Assembly: GCA_001464575.1 (NCBI GenBank)
Contig: LNFE01000138.1
Location: 5,116 to 69,115 of the forward strand
DNA from: Acidobacteria bacterium Ga0077553
GTDB taxonomy: Bacteria > Acidobacteriota > Terriglobia > Bryobacterales > Bryobacteraceae
DNA length: 64,000 nucleotides
Direction: 5' to 3'
The position numbers were made by a program, and so were the translations under genes. Position 1 is the stretch's first letter; the number at the start of each line of letters is the position of its first letter. Below, in pieces: positions 27,787-36,557 of this stretch. Below the pieces are notes generated by a model that was given only the letters and a program-made list of their open reading frames with translations, ran no database searches and was not told where the DNA came from.

Positions 27787-29613
27787 TTACGGCAGGTCCT
27801 CAAGCACGGTTTCGAGCAGCCGCGGCACGTACCCGTTCAGCTTTTGGATCGCTCCCTTCTTCTGCTTGGGCAGAGCGGCGAGCCGGGCTTTCACCGGCAG
27901 AGCCTTCTGGTCGAGATAGTCGAGCGCGTTCAGCGCCTGCAACGCGACGAAGATGCCATGCTTTTCCTGATCGGCCAACTCGGCGAGCGTGTCCAGCGCC
28001 GCCGGCAGGTCGGCTGGCGCGCCGTAGCGCCCAATCGTTTCGGCGGCAACGATGCGGACGGCGGGCGCGGCGTCGCTCAAGAGCGGGCGAAGAGGAGCGG
28101 CATTCTGGCGGATCAGATGCCGCATCGCCGCCCAGTAGCGCACCGCGCTATCAGGATCCTTCAGACCCGCCGCGAGCTTTGCCGGATCGGTCTCGGCGGC
28201 CATCGCCTGAATCTGGGGCAGGTTGGTGAGCTTTTGGGCGGCGTCGTAGGGGGCGCCGCTTCCCGCCCGCTCGTGGATCTCATTCTCCGGAAGGAACCCA
28301 ATGTCCCGGATGCGCGTGGCGAGATCCTCCTGCGCTTTGCGGAGCTTGGCCAGGATCGGCGCCATGCGGGATTGACCAGCGAGGTTGTTCACCTCGTCGC
28401 GATCGGAGCGCAGATCGTACAGCTCCTCGGCGGGCTTGGTTTTCCAGAAGTGCTGCTGTGAGACGGTGAGCTTGCCTTCCTTGAAGAGCTTCTGCCACAC
28501 CTGCGTGGTGGGCGTCTCGAACATATAAGCAATGTGCTGCGCGTAGACGCGGTGCGGCATGAACTGACGGAGATAGACGTAACGGCCGTCAGTGACCGAT
28601 CGGACCATGTCGTAACGCTCGTCCATGCGCCCGCGGAATCCGTAGACATAAGCCTGCCGCGGCTCGACGGCCTTGCCGAGGAACGCGAACCCCTGATGAT
28701 AGCTAGGCTTGGGAATCCCGGCGAGCGAAAGGACCGTCGGCGCGAGATCGACAAAGCTGACGGGCCGGTCGGTCGTCGCGCCGGGCTTGTATTCGTTCGT
28801 CGCAAGGGCCTTCCATTTCTCCGGGAAGTGAACGATGAGGGGGACGCGCAGCCCGGAGTTGTAGGGCCAGCGCTTGCTGCGGGGCATACCGCTGCCGTGG
28901 TCGGAGTAGAAGAAGACGATAGTGTTATCGGCCAGGCCGTCCGCTTTCAACTCGTCGAGGACTTTCCCGGCCAAGCCGTCCATCGTATTCACGTTGTCGT
29001 AGTGCTGAGCCCAGTCGTGGCGGACTTCCGGCGTATCCGGGTGGTAGGCAGGGATGCGGATCTCCGCCGGATCGTGGCGAAGCTGGTGGGGCCGGGTGCG
29101 GATTTGGCTCTCGTGGGTGACCGTGAAATTGAAAACCGAGAAGAACGGCTGGCCTTCCTTGCGCTTGCGCCAATGGGCCTTGTTGCTCGATTCGTCCCAC
29201 ACGGCGCCGGTGAGGTCGATGTTGTAGTCTTCCTTCGAATTATTGGAAGTGTAGTAGCCGGCTTCGCGGAGAAACTGCGGGAACATCTTCTGCCCCGCGC
29301 CCATCTTGGTTTGTGAACGCATGTGCTCGGCGCCCAGCGAAGGTGGGTACATTCCGGAGATGATGGTCGTCCGGGCCGGAGCGCAGACGGGCGCGTTGGA
29401 CCAGCAGCAGGTGTAGCGCAGGCTCTCTTCGGCCAAGGCGTCCAGGCGGGGCGTGGCCGCGTTCCGGTCGCCGTAGCAGCCCAACGAGGGGCTCATATCC
29501 TCGCAAGTAATCCACAGAATATTGGGTCTTTCCGGGGTTTGGCCGGGCGCTGCCGAAGCCGCTGCTAGGGTGGAAAGGAAGTGCCGTCGCTGCATTCCAC
29601 TCGTTTGTATCAT
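27787..29613 (-). CDS. formylglycine-type sulfatase with C-terminal HEAT-like repeats, Tat/Sec signal
   Basis: MQRRHFLSTLAAASAAPG signal and a CAPARTTIISG (C-x-P-x-R) sulfatase signature. The C-terminus has HEAT-like repeats (AVRYWAA..., AVRIVAAETIGRYG). The alternative ATG at 29595 (MQRRHF) may be the true start. Confidence 0.85.
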   Translation of the reverse strand: MIQTSGMQRRHFLSTLAAASAAPGQTPERPNILWITCEDMSPSLGCYGDRNAATPRLDALAEESLRYTCCWSNAPVCAPARTTIISGMYPPSLGAEHMRSQTKMGAGQKMFPQFLREAGYYTSNNSKEDYNIDLTGAVWDESSNKAHWRKRKEGQPFFSVFNFTVTHESQIRTRPHQLRHDPAEIRIPAYHPDTPEVRHDWAQHYDNVNTMDGLAGKVLDELKADGLADNTIVFFYSDHGSGMPRSKRWPYNSGLRVPLIVHFPEKWKALATNEYKPGATTDRPVSFVDLAPTVLSLAGIPKPSYHQGFAFLGKAVEPRQAYVYGFRGRMDERYDMVRSVTDGRYVYLRQFMPHRVYAQHIAYMFETPTTQVWQKLFKEGKLTVSQQHFWKTKPAEELYDLRSDRDEVNNLAGQSRMAPILAKLRKAQEDLATRIRDIGFLPENEIHERAGSGAPYDAAQKLTNLPQIQAMAAETDPAKLAAGLKDPDSAVRYWAAMRHLIRQNAAPLRPLLSDAAPAVRIVAAETIGRYGAPADLPAALDTLAELADQEKHGIFVALQALNALDYLDQKALPVKARLAALPKQKKGAIQKLNGYVPRLLETVLEDLP

Positions 29614-29665
29614 AAGGGGAATCCCGGGGTGTGAAATGGCGCCGGGAATTCTTACACTGGTGGAT

Positions 29666-29698
29666 TATAATCATCGTGTAGTCCCGCGCCCTAAGGAG
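29666..29698 (+). promoter_or_regulatory. putative sigma70-type -10 box and Shine-Dalgarno for the PEGA-domain gene
   Basis: Perfect TATAAT at 29666-29671. AAGGAG at 29693-29698 lies 6 nt before the in-frame GTG at 29705. No good -35 element was seen. Confidence 0.35.
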
Positions 29699-29704
29699 CC
29701 CTTC

Positions 29705-32083
29705 GTGAGCCAGAACCCTGCACAGCGTGATGCCTTTCTCAACGAGCTCCGGCGTTTGGATGCACAGGTGGGGTCCGCCAAGTCGATCGACGACCTCAAA
29801 CCGATCTACTATCGCCTCGAAGAGATTGGCCAGAGCTTTCCTACGGATAGCGGCATGCAGACCGCCATCAGCGACGTCCGCAACAAAATGGTAGCGTTTG
29901 GGCAGCGCCTGATGGAGATGCAGAGCACGGCGGAACGGGAAGCGGCGGCGAAGATGCCGGGTGGCGCTTTCGCTCCTCCGGTGCAGCAGCCGACCCAAGT
30001 GTTTCAGAGCGGATCGCTGACGGCGAAGCCGCCCGCTTACGCTCCCCCGCCCACGGCTCCTCCGCCCACATCGATTCCCCCACCGCCGGGTCCGCCCCCG
30101 TCGTCCCCTCCGCCGTTTAATTGGAAACGCGCCGTCGCCGTCGGTGGTGTCGTTGGGTTGTTGATTGCGGCGGGTGGTATCTACACGATTCGCAACGCTC
30201 AGAAGAAAGCGGAAGAGCAAAAACAGGTTCCGGAAGGGGCCGCGAGCATCGCGATTAAGACCTCGCCGGTGGGCGCGTCAATTCGGGTGAACGGCGAGGT
30301 GAAGTGCACCTCGAACTGTAATATTGAACTGCCGACCGGCACCTACGAAGTGCTGGCCGTCATGCCGGGCTACGAATCCGCGACCAGCGCGCTCAACGTC
30401 GTCGGGGGCACGCCCAGCGAACTTGCGCTCACTCTGCAGCCGATGCCGCTTTCGGTTCGATTGTTTACCGACCTGCAGGCGGGCAAAGTGACGCTCGACG
30501 GCAACCCGCTGGGGGATCTCCAGGATGGGCAGTTGGTTTTGGACCGGGTCTCGCCGGGTAAACACACCGTCAAGGTGACGAATCAGGCCACCGAGGCGTC
30601 CTTCGATTTCGAGTCACAGCTGGGACAGGCGCCGGTGATTGTGGGGCCGGTGGTGGCCAAGAATGTGCTCGCGATTGTGGTTTCGAATGCGGGCAAAGCG
30701 GCCAAGGTGCACTCCTCGGCCAACGTGAAGGTGCAGGTGGACGGCACGGCAGCCGGCGATGCGGGGCCCAGCGGATTGGCGCTGGACAATTTGCCGCCCG
30801 GCGACCGCGAACTGGCGATCAACGACGGGTCGGTGGACCGGAAGTTGCTCGTGTCCGTCGGAGCGCAACCGACGCTGACGGCCTATTTGAAGCTCGACGT
30901 GAATCTGGGCAGTCTCTACGTCGCGGCGGGTGACCTCGACGATGTGACGGTTTTCCTGAACAACACTGAGCTCAAGCGGAAGACGAAGGGGGGCCAACTT
31001 CGTCTACTCGGTCTGCCGGTACGGCAGTACATGGTTCGGGTGGTGAAGGACGGCTACACGGCGGAAGCCGCCAAGCCGGTGACCGTTGCCAAGGGCCAGG
31101 AGACGCGGGTCGAGTTTGCCCTGAAAGCGATTCCCAAGCTCGCCAACCTGAAGATCAGCGGGGCCACTCCCGGGACGGCGGTTTTGTTGGACGGCCAAGG
31201 GCTTGGGATCATCGCGGCGGACGGAACCTATTCGTCGACGACCATCGCTCCGGGCGAACATACGATTGAGTTCCGGCGGGAGTCTTTTGCGCCGAAGCGG
31301 AATCCGCGGCAGTTCCGGGCCGGCGAAACGGTGGAGCTCAGCGGAGCCGATGTGACGCTGGTGGCGGCCGCGTCGTCCGTGAAGGTGAATGTAAAGCCGG
31401 CGACCGCGCAGATCTTCTACCGGAAGAGCGATGAGACCCAACTGCGGCAGGCCAACGGCAATACGATCAATGTCGGCGCCGGGACCTGGGTGGTGGTGGC
31501 GAAAGCGGCCAATTTCGTGGACGGCACGACCACTGTGCAAGTGGCGTCGGGCGAGAACAAAACGGTGGAGATCGCCCTCAAAGAGGCCCCCAAGGTCGTG
31601 ACCAAGAAGCTGGGCACGATGCTTGAATGGGAGCAGCCGGGCGAATGGGTGCAGCAGGAAGGCTGGACGGTTCACAAAGGCGGAAACTTCGTGCTTTACG
31701 GCATCACCCCGCCGAACGGTACGTTTACCTTCAACATTGCGCTACTCAAAGGGCGGCGGCTGCAGTGGTTTGCTGACTACAAGGATTCGAAGAACCATGT
31801 GCTGTACCAGCTCGACCGGAAGAACTTCTTCCGCCGGGATGTGGTGAACGGGCGGTCGAGCGAGTACAAGGCGGGACACGATCTCGAGAAGCAGGAGAGC
31901 TACACGATTCAGATCGACATCTCGCCCGGGGCCGTGAGGCATTCGTTGCACAACGGGACGAAGTGGATCGAAATGGACACGTTCACCTCGCCGGGGCGTA
32001 ACCTGACGGAAGGAAAGTTCGGCCTCTACATTCCGGGGAGTGACGTGTTTGGCCTGAGCAACTTCCGGTTTAATCCGAGATAA
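29705..32083 (+). CDS. single-pass membrane protein with Pro-rich linker, PEGA/Ig-like repeats and C-terminal DUF1080/LamG-like domain
   Basis: The GTG at 29705 with a strong SD is preferred over the ATG at 29636. It has a TM helix (AVAVGGVVGLLIAAGGIYTI) and PEGA-like units (PEGAASIAIKTSPVGASIRVNG...). The C-terminal jelly-roll-like segment reads WEQPGEWVQQEGWTVHKGGNFVLYG. Confidence 0.75.
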   Translation: MSQNPAQRDAFLNELRRLDAQVGSAKSIDDLKPIYYRLEEIGQSFPTDSGMQTAISDVRNKMVAFGQRLMEMQSTAEREAAAKMPGGAFAPPVQQPTQVFQSGSLTAKPPAYAPPPTAPPPTSIPPPPGPPPSSPPPFNWKRAVAVGGVVGLLIAAGGIYTIRNAQKKAEEQKQVPEGAASIAIKTSPVGASIRVNGEVKCTSNCNIELPTGTYEVLAVMPGYESATSALNVVGGTPSELALTLQPMPLSVRLFTDLQAGKVTLDGNPLGDLQDGQLVLDRVSPGKHTVKVTNQATEASFDFESQLGQAPVIVGPVVAKNVLAIVVSNAGKAAKVHSSANVKVQVDGTAAGDAGPSGLALDNLPPGDRELAINDGSVDRKLLVSVGAQPTLTAYLKLDVNLGSLYVAAGDLDDVTVFLNNTELKRKTKGGQLRLLGLPVRQYMVRVVKDGYTAEAAKPVTVAKGQETRVEFALKAIPKLANLKISGATPGTAVLLDGQGLGIIAADGTYSSTTIAPGEHTIEFRRESFAPKRNPRQFRAGETVELSGADVTLVAAASSVKVNVKPATAQIFYRKSDETQLRQANGNTINVGAGTWVVVAKAANFVDGTTTVQVASGENKTVEIALKEAPKVVTKKLGTMLEWEQPGEWVQQEGWTVHKGGNFVLYGITPPNGTFTFNIALLKGRRLQWFADYKDSKNHVLYQLDRKNFFRRDVVNGRSSEYKAGHDLEKQESYTIQIDISPGAVRHSLHNGTKWIEMDTFTSPGRNLTEGKFGLYIPGSDVFGLSNFRFNPR

Positions 32084-32085
32084 CC

Positions 32086-32928
32086 ATGCCTATAGGCGTT
32101 AACTCTTTTCTCTGGACGGCCAACTTTACCGAGGCCCACCTGCCGCTAATTGCCCGGGCAAAATCCCTGGGTCTCGATGGCATTGAAATGGGCGTCTTTG
32201 ATTTCGCCAACTTTCCGGCCGCCGCCGTGCGGCAGGAACTGGCGGCGCAAGAGATGACCGGGCTGCTCTGCACCGCCCTAACGGGGAATCAGAGCTTAGG
32301 ATCGGACGACCCGGCGATTCGCGCGGCGACGCTTGAGTTTCTGCGGATGGCGATTCGCGGCGCGGCCGAAGCGGGCATCTCGATGGTGGCCGGTCCATTC
32401 TGCTCGGCCGTGGGCTTGTTGCCCGGAAGGCGCAGAACGGCGGACGAGTGGCAACGGGCGATTGCAGGCCTGCAGGAGTTAGGGCCGGTGTGCCGGGAGC
32501 ATGGGGTGCGGTTGGCGGTGGAGCCGTTGAATCGCTTCGAGACGTATTTCCTCAACACCGCCGCGGATGCCAAGGCGTTGATTGATGCCGTGGGGCAGCC
32601 GGAAATTGGGGTGCTATACGACACCTTCCACGCCAATATTGAGGAAAAGAACCAGGCGGACGCCATTCGCCTGCTCGGCTCCCGCATCTTCCACGTTCAC
32701 ACCTGCGAGAACGACCGCGGAACGCCGGGCACGGGGCCGATCGACTGGATCGGGGTGGTGGGCGCCTTGCGGGAAATCGAATACAGCGGCTGGTGCGTGA
32801 TTGAGACGTTCGGTCCGGCGATCAAAGAGATTGCTGCTGCGGCCTGCATTTGGCGCGACTTAGCAGATAACCCGGAAGACATCCCCTCCATCGGCGCGGA
32901 GAATCTAAGGTCGCTGGGCGTCGTTTAG
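32086..32928 (+). CDS. xylose-isomerase-like TIM-barrel sugar phosphate isomerase/epimerase (ketose 3-epimerase-like)
   Basis: LAVEPLNRFETYFLNT, VLYDTFHANIEE and HVHTCENDRGTPGTG motifs are typical of this fold. Confidence 0.8.
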   Translation: MPIGVNSFLWTANFTEAHLPLIARAKSLGLDGIEMGVFDFANFPAAAVRQELAAQEMTGLLCTALTGNQSLGSDDPAIRAATLEFLRMAIRGAAEAGISMVAGPFCSAVGLLPGRRRTADEWQRAIAGLQELGPVCREHGVRLAVEPLNRFETYFLNTAADAKALIDAVGQPEIGVLYDTFHANIEEKNQADAIRLLGSRIFHVHTCENDRGTPGTGPIDWIGVVGALREIEYSGWCVIETFGPAIKEIAAAACIWRDLADNPEDIPSIGAENLRSLGVV

Positions 32929-34160
32929 CCCTTGGCGAAGTAGAGGGCGGTCGCGCGTTCGAGGTCGGGTTTCGTCATCTGAATCGGCCGGTTCTCGTAC
33001 TGCGAGATGGAGGACAAGATGTTGCAGATATCCGTCGGGTAGCAGGCGCGCAGCTCGGTGCGGCCTTCGCGGAGGCAGAGCCGGCGAAGGTACTCGGCGC
33101 TATCGGGCTCGGTGGGCACGCGGCGAGCGGAGACTACCCGGTCGAAAATCTGATCGAAGACTTGGGCCGTCACGCTTTCGACGTAGATCTTGTTCGGGAT
33201 ACGGCGGAGGAAGGCTTCGTCGGCCAGGTCGCTGGGGTCGAGATTGGTCGAGAAGACGACCAGGAGCTCGAACGGGATCTGGAACTTCACGCCGTAGCGG
33301 AGCGTGAGGTAGTCGACACGCCGGTCAAGAGGGACGATCCAGCGGTTGAGCAAGTCGCGAGGCGACATGAGTTGGCGGCCGAAGTCGTCGACGATGAACA
33401 GGCCGTTGTTGGCCTTCATCTGTAGCGGGGCCGAATAGATGCCGCTCGATTCGTCGAGGCGAAGCTCCAACATGGAAGGGATCAACTCGCCACCGACGAC
33501 GATGCACGGGCGGCGGCACAGGACCCACCGAGGGTCCATTTCGTTGTCCTCCATCGTGAGGGCGTGGTGCACCACGGGGTCGTAGATGCTGATGATCTGG
33601 TTATCGACCTCCACGGCGTAGGGGATCATGACGGCATCCTGGTAGACGCGGAGCATCCGCTCGGCGAGGCTGGTTTTCCCGTTGCCGGAGGGGCCGTAGA
33701 CGAAGATGGAGCTTTGGGCGATCAGGGCAGGGCCGAGTTGGTCGAGGAGGCGATCCGGTACAACGAGGTCCACCTTGGCGGACTGAGCCCGAACGGCGGC
33801 GTGGTAATCGTTGAGCGAGACGGGGCAGGCCCCCGCGTACTGGCTGATTTGGAAACGTTCGCTGGCGGTCTGGCGGCCGGCGACCGAGAGAACGAAGTTA
33901 TAGTCGTTACCTGTCATGCCCTTGACCTCGACCATCTGCTGCGCTCGCATGTAGCGGAAGATATGGTCGACCACCGGGACGGAGACGCGGAGCTTTTGTG
34001 CCATCGCCGTGAGGCTGCTGGTGCCTTCGAGCATGAGTCGCCGGAGAACCAAATCGAGCACGAGGTTTTCCCGTACCCCCAGGGTGGCAAGATCCATCGG
34101 AATCGGGGGCGCGAATCCGGCCGGCAGTGCGGCACCTATGGAGAGCGGTGGCATCGACAT
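32925..34160 (-). CDS. AAA+ ATPase with N-terminal winged-helix-like domain, function unknown
   Basis: Walker A motif VYGPSGNGKTSLAERM, Walker B motif LFIVDDFGRQ, sensor-like VVFSTN, and AFLRRIPNKIY. The N-terminal ~90 aa look wHTH-like, and there are no TM segments. Confidence 0.75.
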   Translation of the reverse strand: MSMPPLSIGAALPAGFAPPIPMDLATLGVRENLVLDLVLRRLMLEGTSSLTAMAQKLRVSVPVVDHIFRYMRAQQMVEVKGMTGNDYNFVLSVAGRQTASERFQISQYAGACPVSLNDYHAAVRAQSAKVDLVVPDRLLDQLGPALIAQSSIFVYGPSGNGKTSLAERMLRVYQDAVMIPYAVEVDNQIISIYDPVVHHALTMEDNEMDPRWVLCRRPCIVVGGELIPSMLELRLDESSGIYSAPLQMKANNGLFIVDDFGRQLMSPRDLLNRWIVPLDRRVDYLTLRYGVKFQIPFELLVVFSTNLDPSDLADEAFLRRIPNKIYVESVTAQVFDQIFDRVVSARRVPTEPDSAEYLRRLCLREGRTELRACYPTDICNILSSISQYENRPIQMTKPDLERATALYFAKG

Positions 34161-34215
34161 CGATCTTTTATCGGCAACTCGATGGGGAAACTTTAGTCCA
34201 CGATTTCGGCTCCCG

Positions 34216-35808
34216 GTGCGTCGTATCTACTTGACCGTCCTGCGCCTTCTGTTTGCCGTTACGCTGGGACTCGTGCTCTTGTCAGCCGAGGAATCGGCCC
34301 GTAGCCTGGGCCGCCGGGCCGCGAAAGCGGAGAAGGCCGGGCAGATTGCCGAGGCCATTCTGCTCTACAACCAGGCGGACGCGAAGGACCCGGGGAACCG
34401 GAGCTTCGCGGCCAAGAGCCGGAGCCTGACGGAGCGGGCGTTGCGGCAGAATCCACCGCCAGCCGTGGCGGCGGCGCTAATCGCGGAGCCGCCAGCGGTC
34501 TCGTCGATTCCCGAGCAGGACCTGCGGGAGGCGCAACGCCTGCTGCCTCCGCCGGAGTTGGCGTTCGGGGCCGGGCCGTACTCGATTTCGTTACGCGGCG
34601 CACCGCGGGACGTGATTGAACGGACGGCGCGGCAGTTGGGAATTGAGGTCCAGTTCGACAATGATCTTCCGGCCGAGGGCACGCCGGTCCGGTTGACCGT
34701 GAGTGAGGCGACCGGCGCCGAAGTGCTGGATACGTTAGCTGCGGCCACCGGAACGTTCTTCGTGCCGCTGAAGCCGAAGCGCATGCTGGTGGCCAAGGAT
34801 TCGCCGCAGAAGCGGCAAGAGTTGGAGCCGATGGTCGCGGTGGTGCTCTCGCTGCCGGAGCCGGTGAGCGTGCAGGAGATTCAGGAACTGGCGCGGGCCG
34901 TGCAGCAGACGATGGAGCTGCAGAAGTTTGCCATCGACAACGGGCGGCGGCTGGTGCTGATGCGGGACCGGATCTCCAAGGTCCGGCCGGCGCAGCAGAT
35001 TTTTGAGCAGATGATGGGCGCGCGGCCGGCGGTGGCGATCGAGATCCAGGTTTACGAGATTCGGCGGAACCGGACGCTCAATGCCGGGACGCGGCTACCG
35101 ACTTCGACCCAGATCTTCGCGGTCGCCCGGAATCCAGCGACGGGCGAGGATACCCGGATTCCGGCCATTCCGTTGTCGTCGGCGAGGATCGTCGAGCCGC
35201 AACTGGCGATCACGCTCGGCGATGCCGAGGTGGTGGCGAACCTTTTGAAGACGGTGGGCAGCCAGGTGCAGCGGACCGAGATCCGGACCATGCACGGCAT
35301 GCCGGCACAGTTCGCGGTGGGCGAGCGGTACCCGATTCTTACGGCCGGGTTCTTTGGCGGGGATATCGGAGAAAATGCTTTCCGCCCCCCGCCGACGTTT
35401 CAGTTTGAAAACCTCGGCTTGACGTTAAAGGCGACCCCATATACGCACGGACTGGGGGAGACGACCGTGGAGATTGATGCGGAATTTAAGATTCTAACGG
35501 GGGCGCAGATTAACGGCATCCCGATTCTGGCGAACCGGAAGTTCACCTCGACGGTGCGGCTGCTGAACGGGGAGTGGGCGATGATGTCCGGCGTTGGCAG
35601 TTCCACGCGGACTCTGACGAAGGCCGGGCCGGCCGGATTGATCCAGATTCCCTGGATCGGGGCGCTGTTCAGCCGGAATTCGGTGGAGTTTGACGAGTCG
35701 GAAACGGTGGTGCTGCTCCGGCCGCGGCTACTGGGCTTGCCGCCTAGTGAGGAACTGACGCGGGAGATCCGGCTGGGCAGCGAGACGCATCCGCGGATTC
35801 CGCATTAA
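34216..35808 (+). CDS. secretin-family outer-membrane channel (GspD/PilQ-like C-terminal domain), short N-terminal region
   Basis: The C-terminus (GIPILANRKFTSTVRLLNGEWAMMSGV...IPWIGALFSRN...TVVLLRPRLL) is a canonical secretin domain. It has a signal/anchor LTVLRLLFAVTLGLVLL. The start is ambiguous: GTG 34216, TTG 34231, or ATG 34138, which overlaps the ATPase start. Confidence 0.8.
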   Translation: MRRIYLTVLRLLFAVTLGLVLLSAEESARSLGRRAAKAEKAGQIAEAILLYNQADAKDPGNRSFAAKSRSLTERALRQNPPPAVAAALIAEPPAVSSIPEQDLREAQRLLPPPELAFGAGPYSISLRGAPRDVIERTARQLGIEVQFDNDLPAEGTPVRLTVSEATGAEVLDTLAAATGTFFVPLKPKRMLVAKDSPQKRQELEPMVAVVLSLPEPVSVQEIQELARAVQQTMELQKFAIDNGRRLVLMRDRISKVRPAQQIFEQMMGARPAVAIEIQVYEIRRNRTLNAGTRLPTSTQIFAVARNPATGEDTRIPAIPLSSARIVEPQLAITLGDAEVVANLLKTVGSQVQRTEIRTMHGMPAQFAVGERYPILTAGFFGGDIGENAFRPPPTFQFENLGLTLKATPYTHGLGETTVEIDAEFKILTGAQINGIPILANRKFTSTVRLLNGEWAMMSGVGSSTRTLTKAGPAGLIQIPWIGALFSRNSVEFDESETVVLLRPRLLGLPPSEELTREIRLGSETHPRIPH

Positions 35809-35840
35809 CCCGAGCGTGCAAACCTGGAGAAGAACGAGTT

Positions 35841-36524
35841 AGGCGTAAACGGCATCTCTCCCTCCTGTTCCTGTTTGGGTTCAGCCTCTTTATGGGGCAA
35901 ACGACAGGCGCCCATGAGGAGTTGACTCGGGTGACGGCAGCCTATCAGGCAATACGGCCGCCCTTCCTGGTTCGTGCAACCGTCCATCGCCGCACCTCGC
36001 AGGGCGAACGGTGGCAAGAGGTTCACCGGGAGTACCGGGTGGCCGAGTCCGGCGGAGTCGCCCGGGTCGACGCCGGCACGGCCGGGCAGCGGCCTGGCGT
36101 GACCATCATCCGAAAGGGCAATTCATTGACCCTGTTTCTCGCCGAACCGAATGCGTCCACGGAGCTGGCCGTGCAGGCAGAAGAGGCACGTCCGATTCAC
36201 GAAGCTATCGGCCGGGCCTACACCTCAGTTTTCGGCCGTTTCGCCAACCTGGATGTGGCCAGCGCCAGTGTGGTCTCCTCACGGGTCAAGTTGAAAAGCA
36301 GCTCCGGAGCAGCCTCTCGTTGGGAGGGGGAACTGTAGATCGACGAGGCAACGTTTTTGGTCTGGCGGGCCAGGGTCTCGACCTATTCGAATGGCACCGG
36401 GGTGGATGAGACGATCGAGTGGAAAGAGATTCTGACCGGAAAGCAGGTTGATGCCAGTCTTTTCTCCTGGGAACCGCCCGCCGGTGGTGCGCGGCTCACG
36501 CGAATTCCGGCGGTGCTGCCGTAG
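35841..36524 (+). pseudogene. LolA-like outer-membrane lipoprotein-sorting-fold protein, interrupted by in-frame TAG and apparently lacking its start codon
   Basis: Track ORF 35892..36338 ends at TAG 36336-36338, and the same frame continues to TAG 36522-36524. The continuation encodes IDEATFLVWRARV...VDASLFSWEPPAGGARL, a typical LolA-fold C-terminus. In-frame upstream codons encode a signal peptide (RKRHLSLLFLFGFSLFMGQTTGA) headed by AGG at 35841, 11 nt after GGAG. Confidence 0.55.
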
Positions 36525-36557
36525 CGACGGGCCGACATATACTAAGAGGCACCAAGC

